This document shows positions 39,831 to 54,959 of a DNA stretch of 64,000 bases, one piece after another; position 1 is the first letter of the stretch; every line of letters begins with the position of its first letter. The DNA is taken from the NCBI GenBank assembly GCA_951406725.2, contig OX597815.1, positions 68,076,001-68,140,000 of the forward strand, in the 5' to 3' direction. The DNA is from Octopus vulgaris. Its lineage: Eukaryota. A model generated the notes under the pieces. That model saw nothing but the letters and a program-made list of their open reading frames with translations, was not told where the DNA came from and made no database searches. The translations under genes and the position numbers were made by a program.

Positions 39831-41171
39831 CAGGGGTTGGACAAAATAATGGAAACACCTAGCATCATAGCATCATAATTTTGAAATATCCATAAAACCA
39901 TCAAAAGCTTATTTATTTTATGTTTTTTTTATTTATTACTAGTGTTGTTTAATATGTTTTTTCTAAAATTGCTGTTTCTTTTCAGATATCATTAGAAAAA
40001 GGTAATTAAAATTCATTAAAATGACACATCTATTGGACTTTCAAAGAAGTCAAATTGTTGGTGCTTGTATAGCAGGCACAAGCGTAATGAAAACAGCTGA
40101 AATGTTTGGTGTATCAAGAAGTACTGTCTCAAAAGTAATGACAGCCTTTGAGAAAGAGGGAAGAACCTCCTCATCAAAACAAAACTCCGGAAGAAAACCA
40201 AAACTCTCAGATAGGGACCGTCAGATTCTTACATGAATTCTTAGAAAGGATCACAAAAGTGCAGCTCTCAAAATTACTGCAGAGCTTAATGACCAACTTG
40301 GGAACCTACTTTTCACAAAAACTGTTCACTGGGAGCTACACAAAGCTGGATTTCATGAGAGGGCTACAATCAGAAAACCAGAACTTTCAAAAACAAACAT
40401 TACAAAGAGTTTAGAATGGAGTAAAGACCTACAGAATTGGTCCCTAGAGCAGTGAAAGAATGTTATTTTCTCAGACGTGTCATCCCTTACCTTATTTCCA
40501 ACCACCAGCTGAGTAGTCGGAAATACATTCCTAGATGTAGCCCCCCACCCAGATCATCACAGATCCTCCTCCATGTTTAGCAGTTAGAAGAAGGCAGTCT
40601 GGGTCAGATGCTTCTTTGGCTGTCTTCTAACTGTTAAACATAGAGGAGGATCTGTGATGATCTGGTGGGGCTACATCTTGGAAATTCACAGACCCAATGG
40701 TTTCCCTTTATAGCAGAATTAATAGTCAAGACTAATTAATAGTCAAGCATTTTATCTGATCAACTCCATCCTATAGTTGCAGAACTGTTTCCAGAAGGAA
40801 ACACAATCTTTCAGGATGATAATGCACCAATTCACACAACTAAAGTTGTTACTGAATGGCACGAGGAACATTCTAGTGAAGTTGAACATCTTATCTGGCC
40901 ACCACAGTCCCCAGATCTCAATATCATCGAACATTTATGGTGCATTTTATATAAACAAGTAAGGAGTATCCTCCACCATCATCACTACAAGAACTGAAGA
41001 CTGTTTTATCTGAAGAATAGACAAAAATTCCTTTGGAAACAATTCAAACTTTGTACAAGTCCATACCTAGTAGAATTCAAGCTGTAATTACTGCCAAAGG
41101 CAGTCCTACCCCATATCAAAATAAATTTGTTTGAAATTTTAAGGTGTTTCCATTATTTTGTTCAACCCCTG
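39831..41171 (+). mobile_element. Tc1 (DD34E) transposon, decayed, with internal inversion
   Basis: TA-flanked 30-bp TIRs CAGGGGTTGGACAAAATAATGGAAACACCT; paired-like HTH (FGVSRSTVSKV, SGRKPKLS), VIFSD, FQDDNAPIH, WPPQSPDLNIIEHLW. Confidence 0.95.
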
Positions 41172-41235
41172 TATATACTCATATGCAGATATACATAATA
41201 GCATGCATTTCTTCATATGTATGTATATATATATA

Positions 41236-41772
41236 TACATGAGCAAAACGCCACCAATGGACGGTGCTGAATTGTCAAACATTTAAACCAAATTTTCTCA
41301 AAACAACTTGTCCAACTGTCCCATAGGCATCTCCTTTGAGAAACACTGATTTAACATAAATTTGAGACACCAGCAAAAGAAGAAATAAAGATAGATTTTT
41401 TTCTATTCCAAAGAAAAACGATTTTATTCACACAAATATGCAACCAAAGTACCAGTAATGATAAGGCTGTTGACTGGGAGAACAGAAACATAGTTTAAAT
41501 AGTAAGTTTGGCAGGAAAGAAACGTGCCTTTAAGCAGTACAAAAACAACAAATAATGGAAGGTGCAGTTATGTACAGGTTGACGGAAAAAAAGCAGGACA
41601 AAAATGACTTTATCAATCGCATTCTCACCTGTAATCGATTTTTGTAATTTTTTCGAGACTTATACATGCCCTGATACCGTCGGTATCTACACATCAAATT
41701 TGAGCGCAATCGGATGGAGGATGCTCGAGATCCTAGAAGACACACACACAGACAGAATGGATTTTATATATA
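41236..41772 (-). mobile_element. Helitron-like non-autonomous repeat
   Basis: Small hairpin CACC..GGTG near one end; AAATTTGAG..AATCGG and CACAGACAGA..TTTTATATA at the other, same layout as the 62939 family. Confidence 0.5.
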
Positions 41773-42497
41773 TGCACATGTTGAAGTATGTATGTCTCTC
41801 CCCCTCTCTCTCTTTCTTTCTTTCTCTGTCTCACTTCATACCTAAAGATAAAGTTTATTGTCTCAAAACTTTTAATCTTATTCACAAAAAGTTACCTCAG
41901 ACGATTAAACATTTTTATCTCTCATCTTCTTTGATAAGATGAAAATAAAATAAACTCCATCAAGTTCAGACATGGACACAATGATGCAAAACAAATGCAC
42001 AATTTTTGCACATTTAACTAAATTTGTATAGCATGAATTCTAACATTCTAAGTGAAGCTCTTCTTTTGAGAGGGAAAATACAATAATTGATGCATAATTT
42101 AACATTCCCACTGTCTCTACCAATCTTGGTCAGTATTAAAAAATTCTAATAGCAGCATATCATCATCATCATCACCACCACCACCACCACCACCTTCAAC
42201 AATATTATCATCATTATCCTCATTATCATCGTCATCATCATCATCATCACCAAATACCTTTGCTTGTATGACAATGATGCTCTTCTTTTACATCCCTTCA
42301 TGTGACCTCTAGACAGGAGTACACACAAACACAATACTCTCACACACACACACATTCTACACATATACAAAACCATAAATAACAGCACATAAATATTGTG
42401 TGCACTTTGAGATATTCCAAAGACAGAATTAACTCACATTCTCTTGAAAGTTTATAAAGTTATTATGACATCAACAACATACAAACGTGCATACATA

Positions 42498-42536
<39 letters not shown>

Positions 42537-42546
42537 ATATAAAATA

Positions 42547-42587
<41 letters not shown>

Positions 42588-42649
42588 GATATAATATAAA
42601 TAATATATACATACATATATGTACATAAGTGCATATATATGTATATATA

Positions 42650-42795
42650 CATGCATATATGGGTACAGGACTTCAAAAAAGCAAGAACATAAAACAACAA
42701 AAACATGGAAAACAAACTTTTTTCAAACAACAAAAGAAACAAATAGAGAAATGAGACAGGCAACATAAATAACAATCCCTTCATCAGTTGTCCCT
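42650..42795. repeat. Fragment related to the arms of the 49.4-50.7 kb fold-back element
   Basis: ATGGGTACAGGAC and CCCTTCATCAGTTGTC shared with 49417 and 49542. Confidence 0.65.
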
Positions 42796-42882
42796 TATGT
42801 GTGTATGTATACTTATATACATTTATACATATATGTATGTGTATGTGTGTGTGTGCATGCACGCATATGTGTATAGATAGAC

Positions 42883-42920
<38 letters not shown>

Positions 42921-42949
42921 ATACATACATACATACATACATACATACA

Positions 42950-43014
<65 letters not shown>

Positions 43015-46000
43015 AATACATATATATAAAGAATACATATATATGGCTTTTATTTTTATCTTTTATCTTTCACTTGCTTCAGGCATTAGACTGTGGCCAT
43101 TCTGGGGCACCACCTTGAAGAAATTTTAGTCAACTGTATCCACCTTAGTACTTTTTTTTCAAGCCTGGTACTTATTCTATCATTTTTTTTTTGCTGAAGT
43201 GCTAAGTTACAGGGACATAAACACACCAACACCAGTTGTCAAGCTGTGGTGGGGGACAGACACACACACACATATAAGAAGCCCATTGTATATGTATATA
43301 TGTATATATATATATATACACAATGGGTTTCTTTCAGTTTCCATCTACCAAATTCACTCACAAGGCTTTGATCTGCCCAATGCTATAGTAGAAAACATTT
43401 GCCTAAGTTACCACACAGTGGGACTGAACCAGAACTGGGTGGTTGGTAAGCAAGCTTCTTACCACACCCACACATTTACAAAAGGGTTTTTTTTTTTTCA
43501 GTTTCTCCAAACCAAATTTATCCAGAAGGCTTTGGTCAGCCTGAGACCATAGCAGAAGACACTTGCCTGAGATGTTGCACATTGGAACTGAACCTGAAAC
43601 AACCTAGTTAGGAATTGGGAAGCAAACATCCTAACCATACACAGGTATGCCAATATTTTACAAATTAATGAAAACTACTTCTTTTACAGTGCAGTTTACA
43701 GGATGTAACAGACATATTTGTATTCTCACAAGATGAGTACAAAGGGATCTTCTCTAGACAAAACAATTTTGTAATTATTTTCAATTCCCAGAAGGAACTA
43801 TTCCATTTCACTTCATTTCTAGCACTGTTGCCCTCGAGGAAAGAGTAAATGCCTTAATTCCCATTCCTTTTTTTAAGTATTGTGTTTCGGTAATAAATTT
43901 CTCACAGACAACGAAAGCAGATGAAAAAGAAAGAATAAGACACTAATAGTGATTATGTTTCAGGTAACACACACACACACACATTCTTTTATTTTATTAC
44001 CTTTTGTAGTTGTTTCAGGCATTTGACTGCAGCTGTATTGAAGCACCACCTTGAAAGGTTTAGTTGACTGAATCAATCCCAGTGCTTTATTTTGTGTCTG
44101 GTGCTTATTCTATCAGTCTCTTTTCGTTGAGGTGCTAAGTTACTGGGATGTATACAAACTAACACTGGTTGTTGAGTGGTGAGAACAAACAAACATAAGG
44201 GTGCATCCACAGATACACACACACACACATATACATGCACTTTCATACATATATACATACACATGTATGAATATTATGGATTTCAAAGTTTGGCACAAGG
44301 CTGGTAATTTCAGGAGAGGGGTTATGTTAATCACGTTAACCCCAAAAGGATCAAAAGTAAAGTAGACCTCAGCGGAATTTGAACTCAGAATGTACAGACA
44401 GACGAAATGCCGCTAAGCATTTAACCCAGCATGCTCATGACTTTGCCAGCTCACCACCTTGTGTATGTATATTATTGTTGTCATCTTCTAATGTCTGTCT
44501 TCTGTACTAGTATGGATTGGATAGACAGAATTCCACAGGTGTCATACTCCAATGCCTACATGGTAGACATTGGAACATTGGAGTATTCTATGACTGAATA
44601 CCTTTCCTAATGTTAACAACTTTACAGAGAATGCAGGTTGCTTTGCTTTTTTTCATGATACTAGCACTAATGAGGCTGCCAAGTAACTTACAAGAAAAAT
44701 TAAAGGTAGAAGAAGCCTCCTCTACTGAGAAGGTTGTAGGGGAAGGGGTTTATGCCAGATGTTGAGAGGTTGAAGTATGATCGAGGTACTGGTGTCTTGT
44801 TATAGCAAAGATGCATGGCTACTACACAATTTATAGGCATGGGTGGGAATGAATACATATCTCTGGTTTAACATCCACTTTACCATGCTTGCATGTAAAG
44901 GATAATGACAACCTTCAGTCATGAACGGTCATGGGATTGCACCTAGAAAGTTACCCTCAGAAGCACAAACACAGGCAAGGTTGTTTATAGAAGACTAGTA
45001 GCTGCACATGCATACCAGCCTCCCTTCTCCATACCACTGATGTTATCCAAGGGAAAGGCAAACTCCAATACAGCTTGGCACCAGTGACATCACAACTCAT
45101 TTCTGCAGATGAGTGAACTGGAGCAACGAGAAATAAAGTGTCTTGCTTATGAACTCAATGCACAGCCAGGTTTGAATATTGAACTCACTACCTCATGATT
45201 GTGAGCCCAATGTTCTAACCACTGATCATGCACCTATCAGATAGACATCTCACTAAGGGGCACAAGAACTTTTACACATCACATATACTCACAGCAGGCT
45301 TTAGTTTCAACCTACTAAATTCACTCACAAGGCTTTGGTTGACCATGTGTATCTTTGTACCAGTGTTTATTACCTATCGCCACCATCACCACCACCACTT
45401 GACAACCTGTGTTGGTTGGTTTGCATCCCCATAACTTAGTAGTTTGGTAATAGAGGTGAATAGAATAATTACCAGACTTAAAAAGGTAAAAAAAAAAGTA
45501 AGTACTGGGTCTGATTTGTTCAACTAAAACCTTTCAAGATGGTGCCCCATTTTTAGATTAATATTATGTTTCTGTTGTGAAATGTTTACGTATACTATCA
45601 TGTTTTAATCTAATTATTATCATGAATAAATATTGGTTTCGAATTTTGGTGTAAGGCTAATAGTTTCTGGAGGAAGGACTAAGTTGGTTACATTGACTCC
45701 AGTGCTCAACTGGTACTTATTTTATTGACCCTGAAAGGAGAAAGGCAAAGTCAAGCTTGGTGGAATTTGAATTCAGATTGTAAAAACAGAAGAAAGCATT
45801 TTGTCCAGCATGCTAACCATCTTATCATAAATAATATTAAAATAAAGTGAGTATTTTAAAGCAAATTTATGAATAACAATAACAAAATATTTATTGATGG
45901 TAAGACTTAATACTAAAAATAGAGTAAATTTTATAAAATTTGTTTTGATTGGGACTTTGGAGTTTCATCTGAGGATTTATTCAACTAGTCTCTTTGAATA

Positions 46001-48956
46001 AGCTATCTGGCAAAATAAATTTTTTAGTTTATGATTAACTCTTTTGGAGGCAACAAGCTAGCAGAATCATTAGCTTGTAGGACAAAATGCTTAGCAGCAT
46101 TTCATCCATTTTTATGTTCTGAGTTCAAATTCTGCAAAGGCAAAATTTTGAATGAAATAAATACCACAGTCTTTGTACATACAGGAGATAGGATTATTAT
46201 CTCTTTTGCTACTATATTTCTGTTCAAAATACACTGCTTTGTTTCAGGTAATTTTGAGAATAACCTACATGTTATCTTCTACTTTTTTCAGTCATTGGAC
46301 TGCAGCCATGCTAGAACACTGCCTTAAAGAGTTTTAATCAAACAAATTGACTCCTGTACTTATTCCTTTAAGTCTGGTACTTATTCTATTGGTCTCTTTT
46401 GCTAAACCACTAAGTTATAGGGATGTGAACAAACCAACCACAGTTAACAAATGGTAGGGAAGGAAACAGAAACACACACACGCACACACACACACATACA
46501 CACACACATACACACACACACACATACACACACATACATATATATATAGAATGGGCTTCCACACAGTTTCCATCTACTAAAGTCACTCATAAGACATTGG
46601 TCAGTTTGAGGCTATAGTAGGAAACCATTGTTCAAGGTGTCACGCATTGGAACTGAACTTAAAACCATGCAATTGCAAAGCAAGCTTCTTAACCACACAG
46701 TCAAGCCAGAGATTTTAGTAAAATAACTTGGCTAATATTAATCAGGTTTTTGAGACATAAATTAACATGAAATTTTGATGGTAGAAGATTTTAATTTAGA
46801 TCACTTTAAAACAGGACTTTTGTATCATAAAATTAAGAGTAGTTTCAAGCAGGTTGATATCAAAAGAACTATCATTTTTAGAAAATGGCTATAAATATCG
46901 ACTTCAATGAAAGCTGTTAAATTTTACATCAAAGATAAACTCTCAGCACTGTGTATTATCTTCTGCTTTATCTACTCACAATACTTTTTCAACTCCTATG
47001 TGTCTTGTCGTCACAAACTCTGTAGTTCTCTCCCTTGCATGTATCACTAAAATTTTCATTTCCAGTCAATGAGAAAAAAAATAAACGAAATCAATTCAAA
47101 TATTTATTTAAATCAATTCAAATATTCTAGTTTGGAGTTACAACTCCTTTTGAATTTTTGCTTGTACAAAGTATTTTTAGAAGTTTGTCCTAAACATCCA
47201 TGCTTGTTTTCATACTTTTAGTTAACCCTTGTTATATACGTGCTGAGTAATATAAAACTTGCCTTTCATAAGTCCTAGGTTATTCTAGTGGTTAGAAAAG
47301 AAAAAAAAACCTGGAATATGTATCATAGATGATGCATGGACTCCAGGAAAATATGTCCTGTGTATCCAATGCAATGCACAGGACGGGCAAAGGACTAAGG
47401 TTGTTTATGATTTATTTTCAACCACAGAACAGCACTCATTTAATTAATCCTTTCTACTATAGGCACAAGGCCAACAGTTTCAGGGGAGGGGATAAGTCGT
47501 AAAGATGGGTGAAATGCTGCTAAGCATTTGCCCGGCATACTCTTATTCTTTTATTCTTTCACTTGTTTCAGTCATTTGACTGTAGCTATGCTGGAGCACC
47601 GCCTTTAGTTAGACAAATCGACCCCAGGACTTATTCTTTGTAAGCCTAGTACTTATTCTATCGGTCTCTTTTGCTGAACTGCTAAGTTACAGGGATGTAA
47701 ACACACCAACATCGGTTGTCAAGCGATGTTGGGAGGACAAACACAGACACACAAACATACACACACAAACATACACATATATATATATATACATATACAT
47801 ATATATATATATGATGGGCTACTTTCAGTTTCTGTCTACCAAATCCACTCACAAGGCTTTGGTCAACCTAAGGCTGTAGCAGAAGACACTTGCTCAAGGT
47901 GCCACACAGTGGGACTGAACCCGGAACCATGTGGTTGGGAAGCAAGCTTCTTACTACACAGCCAATCTTGCTAACAATTTAATTAATGGACATTTAATTA
48001 ATGATGAAATAAAATATCATCAGCCATTAATTATGAGATACAAGGGTGCAGGCATGGATGTGTGGTTAGGAAGGTCACTTTGCAATCATGGGGTCTTAGG
48101 TTCAGTTCCATTTCACAGCACTTTGGAAACATGTGTAAATATGTATGTATGCATTCTTTTATTCTTTTACTTGTTTCAGTTATTTGACTACGGCCATGCT
48201 GGGGCACCACTTTGAAGGATTTTTGTCGAAGTTGATCCCAGGACTTATTCTTTGTAAGCCTAGTACTTATTCTATCAGTCTCTTTTGTTGAGCCACTAAG
48301 TTATGGGGACATAAACACACCAGCATTAGTTGTCAAGTTATGGCAGGAGACAAACACAGCTACACACACACATGAATATATACATACACACATACACACA
48401 CACACACACACACGCACACACACATATATATACACACATATGTCCCTTTCCTTTCTTTTCTTCTCTTTCTTGTCCCCTCCCTAATTCTTCAACCCCTCTC
48501 CGCTTCTTCCACATGACCAACGTTCCACCAAACCTGACCTTTCTTTCTTGGTTCAACTTCCATCCATGTAGCATCTCTTATATTCCTTCTCATGACTCTC
48601 ATCTCTTATGTTCTTGCTGTAAGGCTTCACTCCACACACGCCAGCTTAATTTAATTCGTTTTTAGTCGGAAGACACCTGTTGTTATTGTCTTGTTGTGTA
48701 ACATTTATCCGTTATTGTCATCCTTGTTTTCATATATATTCGCTTGCTTTCTTCCAAAGAATCTAGTGCTCTCAGCTTAGATTTTCTTAGGGCCAACCAG
48801 ATTGGAGCAGTCTCAAGTGTAACCAGCCAAAACTGCAGGGATGATCTGGAACTTGACTGATGAGAGAAGGTTACAAATGACCTGTCCTTGTTTTTTCCTT
48901 CTTTGTATTGTCTAACTGTCTGGATGTTTTGTTGTGGTTTGCTATGTTCTTGTTCC

Positions 48957-48997
<41 letters not shown>

Positions 48998-49404
48998 CTT
49001 GGAAATGAATGCATCGCATTATATTAAATAATAAATAATATATAATATATATATATGCTGAAACTCCCTTCGATCATGACAGACCATTGGATTGCACCTA
49101 GAAAGTTACTGTCCCAGGCACAAGTCCAGGCAAAGTTGTTTATGGAAGACCAGCAGTCACCCATGCATACCAGCCTCCCCTCTCCATGCCACCAGTATTA
49201 TCCAAGGGAAAGGAAAAGGCCGATACAGCTTGGAACCTGTGACGTCACAACTCATTTCTACAGCTGAGTGAACTGGAACAATATGAAATAAAGTGTCTTG
49301 CTCAAGAACACAACACAAAGCCCGGTCAGGGATTTGAACTCACAACCTCACAATAGTAAGCTCGACACTCTAACCACTGAGCCATGTGCCTTCACAATAT
49401 ATAT

Positions 49405-50735
49405 ATACAGGCATGTATGGGTACAGGACATCACCAACAGTGCAAATAACATGAAATACGTAAACAAACAAGGGAAAACCAATTGAAATACGTAAACAAC
49501 AAGAAAAATGGAAAACATGACAAGTTAACACAGAGAAAGGACCCTTCACCAGTTGTCGGCTGTCTATCTACTCCTCATTTCAAGCATTCAACAATATGAG
49601 TCTTCAAAGACAGTTGCTCCCATAAATTCTAAAATAAAATTTAGGATTTATGAAGGGTCAAAGTTGGGAACAAAAAAATGACAGTGCAGACATATAAGGA
49701 AACTAAACAAAAACAAACATGGGGGGTTGTTAGACCAGAATGAAAGGAAAATAGTGAACACTAGGAGAAATATTTTTTTGATAAGAGAAAAGATAGAAGA
49801 GAGAGAAAAACACGTCCACTCACTTAAACGTCCATACAGGAAAAGAAAGATGGTCGTGTGAGAAAAAGAAAAATGGATGATGGTCGTATGAGAGCAACGA
49901 GGGAGAGAGAAAAAAGAAAAAGAGGGGAGAGAGAAAGAGGCAATTAGAAAATGGTGAAGGAGGGAGGGGGAGAAAAAGGGAATTAGAAAAGGATGGAGGA
50001 AGAAAACAGTATAGTGTAGAGAGTAGCATCAGAAAGGGGAAGATGAACTTACTTGGAAATGGATGCATCGCATTCAGTGACAGTTTTCTTCCTCCATCCT
50101 TCTCTAATTCCCTATTTCTCCCCCTCTCTCCTTCACCGTTTTCTATCTGTCATTCTCTCCCCTCTCTCCTTCACCGTTTTCTATCTTCATTCTCTCCCCC
50201 TCTCTTTTTCTTTTTCTCTCTCTCTTGATCTTTCTTTGCTCACATGTGACCATCATCCATCGTTCTTTTCCTCATGTGACCATCTTTCCTTTCCTGCATG
50301 GATGTTTAAATGAGTGGACATGTTTTTCTCTCACTTCTATCTTTTTTCTTTTCAAAAAATTGTTTCTCCTAGCATTCACTATTTTCCTCTCATTCTGGTC
50401 CAACAACCTTCCATGATAGTTTTCCTTTGATTTCCTTGTATGTCTCCACTGTCGTTTTTTTGTTCCCAACTTTGACCCTCCATAAGTCCTAAATTTTATT
50501 TTAGAATTTATGGGAGCAACTGTCTTTGAAGACTCATATTGTCATTGAATATTTGAAATGAGGAGTAGCTAGACAGCTAACAACTGATAAAGAGTCCTTT
50601 CTCTGTGTTAAGTTGTCCTGTTTTCCATTTTTTCTCGTTGTTTATGTACTTCACTCATTTTCCCTCATTTGTTTATGCATTTCATGTTATTTACACCGTT
50701 GGTGACGTCCTGTACCCATATATGCAAGTATATAT
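49405..50735. mobile_element. Large fold-back element (~600-bp inverted arms), Penelope-like architecture
   Basis: 49405-50008 is the diverged reverse complement of 50082-50735; ~73-bp spacer. Confidence 0.85.
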
Positions 50736-50804
50736 AAATATATATCTATATTATACATTATTTATTATATACACACACACACATGCATATAAACACACAC
50801 ACAC

Positions 50805-50835
<31 letters not shown>

Positions 50836-51489
50836 GGCTTCGTGATAAGAATTTTGTTTCCCAACCACTGAGTTCTATGTTCAGTCCTATCACATGGCAC
50901 CTTAGATAAGTGTCTTCTGCTATAGCCCTGGACCAATCCAAGCCTTGTGAATGGATTTAATAAACAGAAACTAAAAAAGTTGTTGTATGTATGTATGTAT
51001 GTTTCTGTGTGTATGTATGTATATATGCATGCATGTGTGTAAGTATGTATGTATGTATGTATGTATGTATGTATGTATGTATTATGTACATGTGTGTGTA
51101 TACATGAAAGTTATCATTTCCATTTCTTGCATGACTGGAGATTGTATGATTGAAAAACTTGCATTGTGTTTACATTGTCAGAAAATATTACATTCAATAA
51201 CCCTAAACTCTCAAAGAAGTGTAATAAATAATCCCTTATTTGTAAAGCAGATAAGAGCTGGCTACAAGAAGAGCCTTAAACCTTAACAATACTGCCCTAA
51301 ATAAGTATCCATCCAGCAAAGGAAAATGGTCATAAAGTATACAAATGAAGGGGATTGGTGGATAAATTAAGAATAAATTCATGTTTGGTATCCATACATG
51401 CAGACTTTATGTTTTAACATTGAGTACTCTCTCTTTCTCTCTCTCTCCCTCCCCCTCTCTCCCTCTCTTTTCACCTTTTCCACAGATTT

Positions 51490-52822
51490 TGTATTTGTTC
51501 TCTGACTGAACTTTATCAGTCTTTGTCTTTGCCAAGTTCAATTTAATGACTTATTCCTGAATGGCAATAATTAGTGCTTTGGTTTCCTACTTCAGGTTTC
51601 CACTCAACAGACACATCCAACATTCTTTATTTCCTATTTCCTTGGCTTGTTGCATGAATTGACCATGTAATTCTTTCTCTTTCTGTTTGCTGGAAAAACT
51701 TTCTGTGTAGGACTTTCTCTTTCCAGTTGATGATATTTTCCCTATTAGTCCTCATTTTGTACTCCTGGAGAGTCTCACCATTGTCACTGATTACCTTCTT
51801 ATTCAGTGTGGTTTATAACAGAAAGGCATGCAAAAATTTGGTCTCTTTTGTAACACTAATCTTTATTCTAACTAATCCTCTTCCACCTTCCTTTCTATGT
51901 ATGCAAAACCTTGCTACATTATTTCTTGTATGAAGCATCCATGCATGGTCATTATCTTCCTAGTTTTTCTGTCCATGCTGACCAGGTCTTCCTTTGTCCA
52001 TTCTGCAACTCCTGAGTAGTAGAATACCAAGCTTACAGCCAAAGTGCTGACATCACTGATCAGATTTCCTCCATTCAGCTTGGGTCTACATAGTTTTTTC
52101 ACTCTTCTGGTATATTCAAAAATCTTTTCCTTTATTTTGGTGTTCATTATCTGGCTTAATTGTAAAATACCAAGATACTTGTAACCCTCTCCATCACTTC
52201 TCTCATGCACTCATCAGCTGGAAGTTCTGCTCCACTACTGTCTACTATTCACCCTCTCCTCAGTTTGAGAACACTGCATTTATCTAGACTAAATGCCATC
52301 TGGATGTCATGTGAGAAAATTCTTATGGCCTGAGTAAGGGAGTCAAGTTGACCTCAACTAGTTCCATAAAGGTTCAAATAGTTCATAAACATCAGATGGT
52401 TCATTGGTCCTATGTTCTGTAATTTGTAACCAGCTTCCGTCTTCCTCAAAACCATGGAGAGTGGTAAGATATTAACAATAAACAACAAGAGTAACACAAG
52501 GTCTCCTTGAAAGATTGCCTTTTTGATGTTTACTTGTCCAGTTTCCCTTCCACTTGCTGTCAAAACTGTCTTCCAGTTGCTCATACTGTTTTTGAATAAA
52601 TATATCATATTTTTAACTGCCCTGACTATCTTCAGGTATTTTAGAGTTCACAAGTGAGAAACCATATCATATGCCTTCTTATAGTCAATCCAAGCCATTG
52701 ATAAGCTTGTCAACCTTTTCCAACAGTTCTTCAAAATTACCTGATCTATAAGCAACTGATCCTTTGTTCTTTGTGATCCCTTCCAGCAGCTTTTCTGTTC
52801 ATTTGCTAGCAGTTCATTTCTG
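51490..52822 (-). mobile_element. R4/Dong-clade non-LTR retrotransposon, RT pseudogene
   Basis: KDQLLIDQVILKN, LSMAWIDYKKAYDMVSH, AIFQGD, NHLMFM, YKYLGI, KLNGGNLI. Confidence 0.88.
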
Positions 52823-53059
52823 TTTTTATCATCATCAAGGAGGCAAGCTGGCAGAATCATTAGCACACTGGGTGAAATGCTTAGTAATATTTCATCTGTC
52901 ATTACGCTCTGTGTTCAAACTCTACTGAGGTCGACTTTGCCATTTGTCCATTCAGGGTCAATAAATTAAGTACCAGTTATGCACTGGGGTTGATGTAATC
53001 GACTAGTCCTCACCCACAAAATTTCAGGCCATGTGCCTATTGTGCCTATAGTAGAAAGG

Positions 53060-53235
<176 letters not shown>

Positions 53236-53237
<2 letters not shown>

Positions 53238-54835
53238 GCTTGGCTTTTGCTTTGTATTTGTTCAAGTGGACTCCGAGTCTCACTGAGAGACCTCAAGAGA
53301 CAACAAGTTAGAGATTCAAGTTGGTTTTATGACTAGCATGCCATATATTTGGTTTTGTACAGAGTATTGTTCTAGAGAATGTCTGTCAAAATATAAGTAA
53401 ATTAGAAGATTGTTTTAAAAGTAATTTGATTATAGTCTGATGTTAAGATGACAATAAAAAGTGCTTGCTGTTATGTACATTTAAAAGTATTTTGACACTG
53501 TTTACAGATTGAAATATTTTGAGGATTACATAGACAATATTTGTTCCCATGAGCATTATTTTTTGTTCCCATGAGCACTATTTTTTAAATTTCTTCCATT
53601 TTTGGATTTCCTGGTATCTGAGCCAGGTAGCAATCAGCCCCTTTTGCTATCATTCCTTGGGCACCTATGACAACAGGTATTGTTTTAGTTTTCAAGTTCC
53701 ACACTTTGCCAATATTTATTCCAAGATCTTTATTGAACTTGCTCAGTTTTAGGTGTGTCTTGACAGATACATTTATGTCAATTGGGACAGTTATATTGAT
53801 GAGGAGGCATGATTTTTGTCTGAAATCCTTCAATATAATGTCTAACCTATTAGCATCTATCTTTCTATTAGTTTGAATGGTGAAGTTCCAAAGGAGTGAG
53901 ATGTGATCATTTTCAAGCACTGGAGGTGGTTTGTGTTCCCAACAGTTTTTATCATGGGGCAGGTCCAAGTCTTTGCAAATTACCCAGTGAATATACTGTG
54001 TTGCTCTATCATGCCTGTTGAGATACTGACTGTACATGGAGACAACATGATCAGTGGTTTTATTTTGTTATTTACATACAGGACATATTGGGCTATTGCT
54101 ATTCTTTAAGATGTTGGCCTGGTAGTTTCTTGTAGGTAGGCATTGATCTTGGGCTGCTATGATGGATCCTTTTGTTTCTGATTTTAAGCCAGAAGATACT
54201 AGCCATTAATGGGTAAGGGCTTTGTCAACATTAGCATTATTAGCTCTCTTTGGGTATTTGCCATTGAAAGGTTTTTCTTGCCATTTATCAGTAAGAATAT
54301 CAAAGCAGCAGTTTTAGCAAGGGTTTTCATATACTTAGCTTTTTCTGTGCTTGTTTCCAGAATGTCTAATTCTGGGATTTGTTGTATTTAGAATTCACTT
54401 AGATATTTCTTAGTTTGTTTTGTTACTAAGTATGATGCTTTCTTGTTTTCATGCTTTAAGATAATTTTTAACATACAGTCATCAGAGTTTTTCAAGTAGG
54501 TGTTTAGGCTAATTGTGGCAATCTTCACTGTTAATTACAGTTGTAAAAGTCCATGGCCACTCTCCTTTCTTGGCAGGTAAAGTCGTTCTATATCTGCCTT
54601 AGGGTGGTACAATGTATCTGTCAAGACACACCTAAAACAATTTTCATATCTTTCTCCCAAGATTACAGATTTCAGTAATTGACCTGTTAATGATATTGAA
54701 ACTGTAAGTCACAACCGGTATGGTTAAAGTATTGATCATTTCAATTCTGTTTCTTGCATTCAGCTCTGTCTTGAGTATTGCCCTTACCCTGCGATAACAT
54801 TTTTTCTGATCTTTACTTTTCTTTCTTTATTTCTC
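53236..54835 (-). mobile_element. R4/Dong-like 3' portion (zinc knuckle + restriction-like endonuclease + 3' UTR)
   Basis: YLNRHDRATQYIHW, LLWNFTIQTNRKIDANRLDIIL, LLINITVP; ends in the (TAA)n array. Confidence 0.85.
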
Positions 54836-54959
54836 TCTTTCTTCTTCTTCTTCTTCTTCTTCTTCTTCTTCTTGGTATTATTGTTATAATTGTTATTATA
54901 ATTGTTATTGTTGTTGTTGTCGTCGTCTTCATCATCATCATTATTATTATTACTATTAT

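Noticed and set aside
43690-43848. 52-codon open frame after CTTTTACAG
   Set aside because: Antisense frame is equally open, no motif, no supporting neighbouring exons
42770-50600. Lone CTGATGA motifs (42781-42787 minus, ~48857 plus, degenerate in the 49.4-50.7 kb arms) as hammerheads
   Set aside because: No properly spaced stem II-GAAA-stem III-UH and stem I partner could be drawn
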